This document shows positions 57,359-64,000 of a stretch of DNA of 64,000 nt, in pieces. Numbering within the stretch: the first letter of the stretch is position 1; each line of letters starts with the position of its first letter. Origin of the DNA: a virus; IMG/VR virus record IMGVR_UViG_3300017605_000956, positions 1 to 64,000 of that record; one strand, given 5' to 3'. Both the position numbers and the translations under genes were made by a program. The notes under the pieces are model-generated. The model worked only from the letters and a program-made list of their open reading frames with translations, was not told the DNA's origin and made no database searches.

Positions 57359-59101
57359 ATGGCAGGCGCAAAGCCGAACGACATCGAGAAGGCCCAGATC
57401 CTCGACATGGTGAAGGGGAACTACCGCATCGAGGAGATCCAGCAAAAGTTCCCGCACGTCGATGGCCGGTCGATCTCCGGAATCCACATGAGGCACAACC
57501 GGAGAGCCCCCAGCCCGGAAACCCTGCACTCCGCGACCCTGGCGCCGCCCGGCTCGCCCGCGGCCGCCATGGCACCCCCGATGGCCCCCGCGCCCGTCGG
57601 CAACCGCACTCCCCAGGACGAGGCCACCGAGTCGACCGGTTTCACCCCCGCGGCCCAGACCGTCCACACCCCCCAGGGCTTCAAGCCCGGCTACCGCGAG
57701 TACTTCGTCGTCAAGAAGCTCGACCCGCCCGGCGACGGCGTCATGAAGACCGAGTACCCGCCCTTCGGCATCCACGAGCTGATGGACCGCTACTCGAGCG
57801 GCGACTACGAGATCCAGCACTACCGCGAGGGCCGGCTGTTCAACACCTACCGTGAGAAGATCGCGACGAAGGCCACGTCGCTGATCTCGTCCGCTCCTGG
57901 CGTGCAGCGCGAGGCGACGCGCCCGGAGAGCCCGACCGATGCGCTGGTGAAGACGATCGACATCTACCACAAGATCCACACCGAGGGTCGCAGCGAGGCC
58001 GCGGCGTCCCGCCGTGACGAGGTCATCGCGAAATCCGAGGAGACGAAGGCCAAGGCCCAGGTCGAGACCGCGGCCACCGTCGGACTGATCGAGCTCGTCA
58101 AGACGATGGGCACCCCGAAGCCCACCGGCAACGAGGGCTCCATCGACCGGCTCTTCGCGCTGATGCAGGAGGACCGGAAGAACGCCGAGTCGCGCATGAA
58201 GACCGAGATCGAGATGATGCGCGAGCGGTCGAAGCTCGACCTCGAGGCCGCGCGCGAGCAGGCGAAGCTCGAGCGCCAGAAGGCGCAGGACGAAGCCGCC
58301 GAGCGCCTCCAGCGCGAGCGCGACTTCATGGGCAAGCTCCAGGAGCTCGACAAGGACCGCCAGGCTCTCTGGAAGGAGAGCTACGACAAGATGACCGAGG
58401 AACTCCGCGGGATGCAGGAGGCCCTCAGTCGCGAGCTCGACGAAAAGAAGAAGTGGTTCGACTCCTACTTCGAGATCCAGAAGGCACACACCGACGAGCT
58501 GATCGCCATCAAGAAGTCCGCCGGGACCGGCGCCGACTCCCTCAAGATGGCCGAGATCGTGCGCGACGGCTTCGTCCAGGGGCTCGATCGCGTGGGCGCC
58601 CGCATCGACATGATGGTCGACAAGGGCGTGATCCCCGGCAGCGTGAAGAATCCGGGCAACGGCAAGAAACTGGGACACACGGACGGTGGGACCACGCCGG
58701 CGGCCGCGGGTGGAGCCGCAGCTCCGGCAGCGAAGGAGGAGAAAGCCGTGCTCACGAAGGAAGGAATCCAGAAGGCGCTCAAGGAGCCGTGGTTCCTGGA
58801 CCTGCAGGATGAGATCGTCAGGACCGTGAAGAAGCGCAAGGCGGCGACCAATCCGCGCCTCAAGCCTCACGGGACGCTGCTGGGCCAGGCGTTCATCGAC
58901 AACATGAACGAGGACGTGTCCCTGCGGAAGTATATGCACTTCCTGATCTCGCGGAACTGGCAGGAGATCCTGGCCGAGGTCGGCGAAGGCTTCAAGCCGG
59001 AGTACGCAGAGGTCTTCCGCGATCCCGAGGCCGAGGTGTGGTTCGGTGAGTTCCAGGAGTTCCTCAGCGCCGCCTGGAACGCCTCGATTGGGGTGAAATA
59101 A
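57359..59101 (+). CDS. large coiled-coil protein with N-terminal HTH-like segment
   Basis: long E/K/R heptad region; own promoter and RBS. Confidence 0.8.
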   Translation: MAGAKPNDIEKAQILDMVKGNYRIEEIQQKFPHVDGRSISGIHMRHNRRAPSPETLHSATLAPPGSPAAAMAPPMAPAPVGNRTPQDEATESTGFTPAAQTVHTPQGFKPGYREYFVVKKLDPPGDGVMKTEYPPFGIHELMDRYSSGDYEIQHYREGRLFNTYREKIATKATSLISSAPGVQREATRPESPTDALVKTIDIYHKIHTEGRSEAAASRRDEVIAKSEETKAKAQVETAATVGLIELVKTMGTPKPTGNEGSIDRLFALMQEDRKNAESRMKTEIEMMRERSKLDLEAAREQAKLERQKAQDEAAERLQRERDFMGKLQELDKDRQALWKESYDKMTEELRGMQEALSRELDEKKKWFDSYFEIQKAHTDELIAIKKSAGTGADSLKMAEIVRDGFVQGLDRVGARIDMMVDKGVIPGSVKNPGNGKKLGHTDGGTTPAAAGGAAAPAAKEEKAVLTKEGIQKALKEPWFLDLQDEIVRTVKKRKAATNPRLKPHGTLLGQAFIDNMNEDVSLRKYMHFLISRNWQEILAEVGEGFKPEYAEVFRDPEAEVWFGEFQEFLSAAWNASIGVK

Positions 59102-59134
59102 AGCGTCCGAAAAAACGCTTCCCGCAATCGAAAG

Positions 59135-59163
59135 TTGACCTCGCCCGTTCTCTGGAATATAGT
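59135..59163 (+). promoter_or_regulatory. sigma70-type promoter
   Basis: TTGACC-N17-TATAGT. Confidence 0.75.
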
Positions 59164-59321
59164 CCGTACAGCCCGGGGTGCCCTCGACGCCCTGGGTTAC
59201 GTTTCCCCCTCTCCCCGGGGCCAGGTCGCGCAGGGCGCGTCCTCCCTTGTGACCTGGCTCCCACGAGAGAGGGCGGCGAAGCAGCTCCGCGAGGTAGAAT
59301 GGTGGAATGGAGGGGAACAAG

Positions 59322-59624
59322 ATGCCTCAGAGCTTGACGAAACTGAAATGGGCGGAGCTCAAGGAAGTCCTGCTTCACGTCCCGATCCGCGCGAGGACGG
59401 CCGTGTGGCGCGAGTCCATGGACTTCGTCGACAAGGTCCTCGCCGGCCGCAACAACCTCTCTCCCACGATCGACCTCAAGACGATGCAGTACTCGGTCGC
59501 GTGCGACATCTGCAAGGAAACGCTCCGCGTCGAGGACGACTACGTCTTCCACGCGATCACCGCGAAGTTCGTCCACTACGACTGTCACCACAGGTCCACT
59601 GGGAATATCGGGGAAACCACCTGA
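59322..59624 (+). CDS. small zinc-finger protein
   Basis: CDIC...HYDC. Confidence 0.65.
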   Translation: MPQSLTKLKWAELKEVLLHVPIRARTAVWRESMDFVDKVLAGRNNLSPTIDLKTMQYSVACDICKETLRVEDDYVFHAITAKFVHYDCHHRSTGNIGETT

Positions 59625-59637
59625 CCGGAGATCCGCT

Positions 59638-60399
59638 ATGTCGAATCCCATCTCTCGCCGCCGCCAGTCCCAGCTCGACGCGCTGAACGATGCGCCGCCC
59701 GGCCGCGGCGAGTCGATCCAGCGCCCCATGTCCGCCGGCGCCGACGGGATTCGCAAGCTCGAGGTCCCGAAGATGGTGCAGTACGTCCAGACCTTCAACT
59801 CGGATCCGAAGGTTGTCACCCTCGCGCAGCGCGTCATCCAGCTCTGCGAGGCGAAGGACAAGATGTGCGAGATGAACACCCTGTTCCAGTGGACGAAGAA
59901 CCACTTCCGCTACGTCAACGATCCGATCGACAAGGAAGCGATCAAGACCGCGCCGCGCATGATTGGCGAGATCATGACGCCGCCCGAGGTGATCGAGCAC
60001 ATCCTGGGACCCGAGCTCATCACGCAGATGAATGGCTTCGGCCTGGGTCACGGCTCGCTGCTCGAGGGCGACCCGCGCAAGCGTCTCGTCCTCTGCATGG
60101 GCTGCTTCGATCAGCGCCTCTCCGGCCCGGTCCACTCGAAGGGCTCCGGTGACTGCGACGACGGCGCGACGTTCCTGGCGACGCTGCTCGCGGCTGTCGG
60201 CATCACGCCGCGCTTCCGCTTTGGCGGCCAGGAAGACGATTCCATGTCCGACGGCTGCAATTACCACCACGTCTGGGTGCAGGGCCAGGACGACAAGGGC
60301 GACTGGCACGACATGGACGTCACCGAGAAACGCTCGAAGCTCGGCTGGTTCTACGAAGGCTTCTCCTGCACCGGTGTTGCGGCCATCTTCGCGGAGTAG
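59638..60399 (+). CDS. transglutaminase-like cysteine protease (putative maturation protease)
   Basis: FRYVNDP, GDCDD (catalytic Cys), HHVWVQ (His), WHDMDVT (Asp). Confidence 0.85.
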   Translation: MSNPISRRRQSQLDALNDAPPGRGESIQRPMSAGADGIRKLEVPKMVQYVQTFNSDPKVVTLAQRVIQLCEAKDKMCEMNTLFQWTKNHFRYVNDPIDKEAIKTAPRMIGEIMTPPEVIEHILGPELITQMNGFGLGHGSLLEGDPRKRLVLCMGCFDQRLSGPVHSKGSGDCDDGATFLATLLAAVGITPRFRFGGQEDDSMSDGCNYHHVWVQGQDDKGDWHDMDVTEKRSKLGWFYEGFSCTGVAAIFAE

Positions 60400-60664
60400 A
60401 GTGCCCGGCAGCGGGTCGGGGTTCGGTGGATCGGGACGGATACGCTGAAGAAGTCCCGCGCGGTTGAGTCATCCGCGCAGAGTCCATCGCCCGACTCGCG
60501 GGGTTTTCCCCTCACCGTGCTCCCCCTGCGACGGCCCGCAACGCGGGCCGGCGCATGAGCGGAATTCTTTCTGTACGATTTAGGCTTGACACACCGAGCC
60601 ACTGCGGTAATACTCCGTCTCGATGAGGTCGTCACACCCGAGCCGCCGAAATAAGGAGATGCCC

Positions 60665-61258
60665 ATGAGCTCGAAGTGCCCGCCGGTCACCGTCAACCTC
60701 GACGAAGTCGTCGACACCGTCAAGGCGAAGATCCTGAGCGAGCACCCCGAGCTGACCTCCAAGAAGGTCGACGGGAACGTCCACAGCGTCGGCATCCGCG
60801 GCCTCGGCGAGATCCGTCTCGTCGAGCCCACCGTCGATCCGAGCCAGTTCGTGATCGGCTTCGTGTCGATCCCGAGCGTCGTCAACATGGCGACGAAGCT
60901 GATGCAGGTCGGCGTCATCTTCCCGAAGGTCGACCTCGCGCTCTCGCGCGGCATCTTCGCGGGCGTCACGCTCGCGGGCACCCTCATCTCCGGCGGCAAG
61001 TCCTTTCTCCTCGGCGCCTTCCTCGGCCAGGTCCCCTCGACGATCGACGCGCTCGCGGACATCGCGGTCGCGGCCATCACGAAGGCCAAGGCAGGCTCGG
61101 CGGCGGTCCAGGGCATCGACCTGGGCGGCCTGGGCGCGACGCAGGAGGAGGAGCTGCTGAAGCTCCGCGCCGACCTGATGCAGCTCCAGGGCATCGGGCG
61201 CGACGGCGGCGAGCAGATGTCGGGCCACCGCGGCGGCTCGGTCGTGTTCCACCGGTAA
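60665..61258 (+). CDS. virion membrane protein with GLG motifs
   Basis: AAGGAG RBS; IRGLGEI, DLGGLGA, LQGIG; hydrophobic core. Confidence 0.7.
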   Translation: MSSKCPPVTVNLDEVVDTVKAKILSEHPELTSKKVDGNVHSVGIRGLGEIRLVEPTVDPSQFVIGFVSIPSVVNMATKLMQVGVIFPKVDLALSRGIFAGVTLAGTLISGGKSFLLGAFLGQVPSTIDALADIAVAAITKAKAGSAAVQGIDLGGLGATQEEELLKLRADLMQLQGIGRDGGEQMSGHRGGSVVFHR

Positions 61259-61360
61259 CCTAAAAAAAAGAGCCGTACCAAGGCTCTCGGGAAGTCGTGG
61301 CCTGTAGCCGCGGCGTCAAGTAGCCCGGGTTCGCTTGGGCGGAGTTGAAGGAGAAGTCTC

Positions 61361-61954
61361 ATGAACGTCGGATTGCTGCCCCTGTTCCCGCGCGGCGTCG
61401 ACTTCCGCGCCCGTCGGTTCCGGCTCCTGAAGGACCGGCACCTGTTCGACACCGAGGACATCGCCACGACGGACACGACGAAGCAGTTCTTCGTCTCGAT
61501 CTCGTCGAAGCGCAAGAGCCAGGCGATCTTCACCGGCGACTTCTCGCTGGTGAAGGAGGCGAACCTGTTCCTGGTGGTCGGCCTGCAGGCGCTGGTCCGG
61601 GACCAGACCCTGACGGTCTCCATCTGGCGCACCTTCTTCAACAAGGGTGCGTTCCAGTGGAACGTCATCGTCCCCGAGACGGTGACGGTCGACGAGGACC
61701 GCCTCTCGGCCATCGCGCCGGGACCGGACTGGTACTCGTCCAACTCCGCCGACGCGGTGACCGCGGCGGGGACGAAGTACGAGGACCGTCGCTCGTACCT
61801 CACCGGCGCGAACAAGATCGTCCCCGGCGGCCGGGCGATCGAGTTCACGGTGAACTGGCAGGAGTCGGCCGGCAACGGCCTCTCCACCACGACCAGCCTG
61901 AGCATCGTGTTCGCCGGGGGCGAGTACGAGCCCGGCCAGGTCGTCGGCAAGTAG
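61361..61954 (+). CDS. putative single-jelly-roll major capsid protein
   Basis: LFDT...QFF...K...FLVVGL and IVPG..IEFTVNW..LSIVFAG.EYEP resemble vertical-SJR capsid proteins; beta-rich. Confidence 0.6.
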   Translation: MNVGLLPLFPRGVDFRARRFRLLKDRHLFDTEDIATTDTTKQFFVSISSKRKSQAIFTGDFSLVKEANLFLVVGLQALVRDQTLTVSIWRTFFNKGAFQWNVIVPETVTVDEDRLSAIAPGPDWYSSNSADAVTAAGTKYEDRRSYLTGANKIVPGGRAIEFTVNWQESAGNGLSTTTSLSIVFAGGEYEPGQVVGK

Positions 61955-61971
61955 TCCGCTTCGGCGGGCGC

Positions 61972-62000
61972 TTGACCAGCGTCACCTTTCACGGTAGCGT
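61972..62000 (+). promoter_or_regulatory. sigma70-type promoter
   Basis: TTGACC-N17-TAGCGT. Confidence 0.55.
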
Positions 62001-62078
62001 GTAACCGGGTGGTGGCTGGGGGTCGCTGACCCCCAGCCACCCATCCTCACAAGAACGACGAGCTCGAGAGGGACCAAG

Positions 62079-62594
62079 ATGGCCGAAATCGACATCGGCA
62101 ACCTGAAGATCGTCAACGTCACCAAGGACCTTTCCGCGGCGACCGAAGACGACTTCTCCTTCCGCGTCCCCCCGGGCGGCGTCGGGCTCATGAAGGAGTC
62201 CACGTACCACCTGCTGCGTTCCGCTCCCCTCTCGGGGACCGTGGACGCCGCGACGGTGCTGACCCCCGGCGAAGGGGGCAACGCCTACACCTCCGAGGCC
62301 GTGATCGTCAAGTCCCTCGAGGTGACGAAGCAGGGCGCCAGCGAGCGCACCAACCTGCTCTCGGGCAGCCCGAACATCAAGGAGTTCGCGGGCGACGGAA
62401 AGCTCTCCAAACTCTTCACCGTGATCGAGACCCTGGAGAACAACGAGGACGTCGTCATCAAGGTCCGCAACGACGACTCCGTCGAGGTCAAGGTCTCCAT
62501 CACGCTCTGGTTCGCGATCAAGCCGCGCGAGCGGCGTATCGCCGGCCAGCCCGGAAGGGAGAAGGCCCCGATCGTCCCCGGCATCGACGAGTAG
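62079..62594 (+). CDS. putative second single-jelly-roll capsid protein
   Basis: beta-rich; NLLSG..FAGDG..LENNEDVVIKVRN..VKVSITL. Confidence 0.55.
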   Translation: MAEIDIGNLKIVNVTKDLSAATEDDFSFRVPPGGVGLMKESTYHLLRSAPLSGTVDAATVLTPGEGGNAYTSEAVIVKSLEVTKQGASERTNLLSGSPNIKEFAGDGKLSKLFTVIETLENNEDVVIKVRNDDSVEVKVSITLWFAIKPRERRIAGQPGREKAPIVPGIDE

Positions 62595-62633
62595 CGTCGC
62601 GCCCCTTGGGGCGGCGCATAACAAGGGGACGAC

Positions 62634-63194
62634 ATGGCTCGCCAGAAACTCGGTGAGGTCCGGGCAAGGATCAAGAAGCGGTACCAGGATGCCGCTGAAG
62701 AGGTCCGGCACTACTCCGTCCCCGACCTGATCCAGAACAAGCTGGAGCGGACCATCTGGGGGTTCCTCAACGAGTTCGGGATCAACTACCCCATCGACCT
62801 CGACCGTCCGCCGCCGGACGTCTACGTGCCGGCCCGGCAGGGTACCGGCTGCCTCGAGCCCCAGGGTTCGACCGACGAGAGAACGCCCCCGAGCCACACC
62901 GACGAGAAGTGCCTGACGTGGCGGGCTCGCGACGGTGGCATCCTCGTCATCGACTCCCTGGACTTCATCATGGAGGACCCGATCGCGGAGGAGTTCTTCA
63001 CGATCACGTACCAGTTCGACCAGCAGTACAACAGCGCGACCTTCCAGCGCAACAACGGCGACGTCGAGTTCGGCCACTGGAAGTTCAACCGCGTGGTGCT
63101 GGTCGATGGCGAGGTGCTCACGGTCTGCATCGCCAACTCGAACCCTTACGCGGGCGGTTGTTTCTCTCTCGAGTCCCGGAGCTGGAGCCTGTAG
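62634..63194 (+). CDS. putative jelly-roll minor capsid protein
   Basis: beta-strand pattern; LVDGEVLTVCIAN. Confidence 0.45.
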   Translation: MARQKLGEVRARIKKRYQDAAEEVRHYSVPDLIQNKLERTIWGFLNEFGINYPIDLDRPPPDVYVPARQGTGCLEPQGSTDERTPPSHTDEKCLTWRARDGGILVIDSLDFIMEDPIAEEFFTITYQFDQQYNSATFQRNNGDVEFGHWKFNRVVLVDGEVLTVCIANSNPYAGGCFSLESRSWSL

Positions 63195-63941
63195 ATGGCA
63201 TCGAAAGCCAAGTCCGGAATGTCCGCCGTCCGGATGTTCACCGAGAAGATCGTTGAACCTCCGAACACCTTCGTCGAGGGCGACACGTCGTTCTCGACGT
63301 CCGTCCGCGACGGCAAGGGTCATGCCGCGCTTCACGCCGGCGCGCTGAACGACACGACCGGAACGCTGGAGATCCTGCAGGCTTGGCGTGCGGCTGGACC
63401 GTTCGCCGTGCTCTTCTCGAAAGCGACCACGCTCGATTCCGAGAGCGGCCTCTATACCGTGGACATGACGGTTCCAGTGGTTCGCCGGTTCGTGAAGGTT
63501 CGCTTCACGCCCGCCGCGGATCCGCCCGGCCTGGGCGTGAACTTCGAGCTGGGCGCCTACTTCCTGCCGCGAGCCGACTCGACGCCCTTCGAGAGCGAGT
63601 CGGGCGGTGCGGTGGTGGTCGAGGTCGCCGGCAGCCCCGGCAGCGTGATCGACGCAGGGGCCGATACCACCGTCAACGTGGGCACGACCGTTCCCCTCCC
63701 GGCCATCCCCGCCGGCACGCGCCGGATGACGGTCCAGAACACCGGCCCAGCCGGGACCTGGATCCGCGTCCGGAAGGTGGGCGGCGCAGCCGGTTCCGGA
63801 AGACTCCTCCCCCGCCTGGGCGAGTACACCTACGGCGGCGCCGATGGCGCCATCGCGGCGCTCGAGGTGGAAGACGTTTCCCTCGCCGTGGGAGGTTCGG
63901 CCGTTGCGACGACGGTCCTCCTCGAATTCGAGGAGGACTAA
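63195..63941 (+). CDS. putative penton/spike protein (two beta-sandwich domains)
   Basis: GTLEILQ, RFVKVRFT, RRMTVQNTG. Confidence 0.5.
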   Translation: MASKAKSGMSAVRMFTEKIVEPPNTFVEGDTSFSTSVRDGKGHAALHAGALNDTTGTLEILQAWRAAGPFAVLFSKATTLDSESGLYTVDMTVPVVRRFVKVRFTPAADPPGLGVNFELGAYFLPRADSTPFESESGGAVVVEVAGSPGSVIDAGADTTVNVGTTVPLPAIPAGTRRMTVQNTGPAGTWIRVRKVGGAAGSGRLLPRLGEYTYGGADGAIAALEVEDVSLAVGGSAVATTVLLEFEED

Positions 63942-63944
63942 ACG

Positions 63945-64000
63945 ATGGGCGCTCCGACCTTCCTCGATCTCGCAGCCGCGATCGACCGAGTCCTCCACCG
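63945..64000 (+). CDS. 5' end of the next gene (truncated by the window)
   Basis: GAGGAGG RBS; MGAPTFLDLAAAIDRVLH. Confidence 0.5.
   Translation, partial: MGAPTFLDLAAAIDRVLH

Noticed and set aside
59207-59290. SRP RNA or tRNA
   Set aside because: Contains ccaggtc and gaagcagc words but lacks the SRP GNRA/domain IV arrangement and any cloverleaf.
1-64000. Long minus-strand ORFs (e.g. 2696-4000, 39872-41803, 49501-51129, 57263-59320, 61989-63998)
   Set aside because: Antisense shadows of high-GC + strand genes; no motifs or RBS.
1-64000. Genome-wide UGA reassignment
   Set aside because: TGA is the normal stop in dozens of ATGA/GTGA-coupled genes; read-through is supported only locally.
1-64000. 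Integrated prophage or IS boundaries
   Set aside because: No integrase, transposase, att-like duplication or host housekeeping genes were seen.

Overview
High-GC window in which essentially every real gene lies on the + strand, often coupled by ATGA/GTGA/TTGA overlaps. It reads as most of the genome of a large tailless bacterial virus (or virus-like episome), probably with an internal membrane. There are two modules. (1) A virion/late module at both ends (1-19 kb and 55.5-64 kb): two single-jelly-roll capsid-like genes, a transglutaminase-like Cys protease, a retropepsin, an M48 peptidase, many small membrane proteins carrying GLG/LxG motifs, a family of small Arg/Lys- and Cys-rich proteins, a beta-helix spike, a glycosyltransferase/methyltransferase cluster and canonical sigma70 promoters. 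(2) An early/replication module (19.3-55.3 kb): MoxR AAA+ plus VWA-metallopeptidase, XRE HTH, PD-(D/E)XK nucleases, Sak4-like ATPase plus DUF669 SSB, ParB, DUF3987-like ATPase, NYN, RNase HI, DNA methyltransferases and dozens of small orphan genes. Main discoveries: a shared A-E-x-x-L-[T] tag in about 18 otherwise unrelated early proteins; an unannotated 53-aa probable selenoprotein (SxxU with a SECIS-like hairpin) beside a CxxC paralog; recurrent putative maturation-cleavage motifs on core and membrane proteins; TGCAC[CG]TGC repeat arrays; and a set of perfect hairpins with 3-nt loops. All family assignments come from motif recognition by eye; no database searches were run. No tRNA, rRNA, CRISPR, integrase, terminase/portal/tail, DNA polymerase or packaging ATPase was seen in the window.
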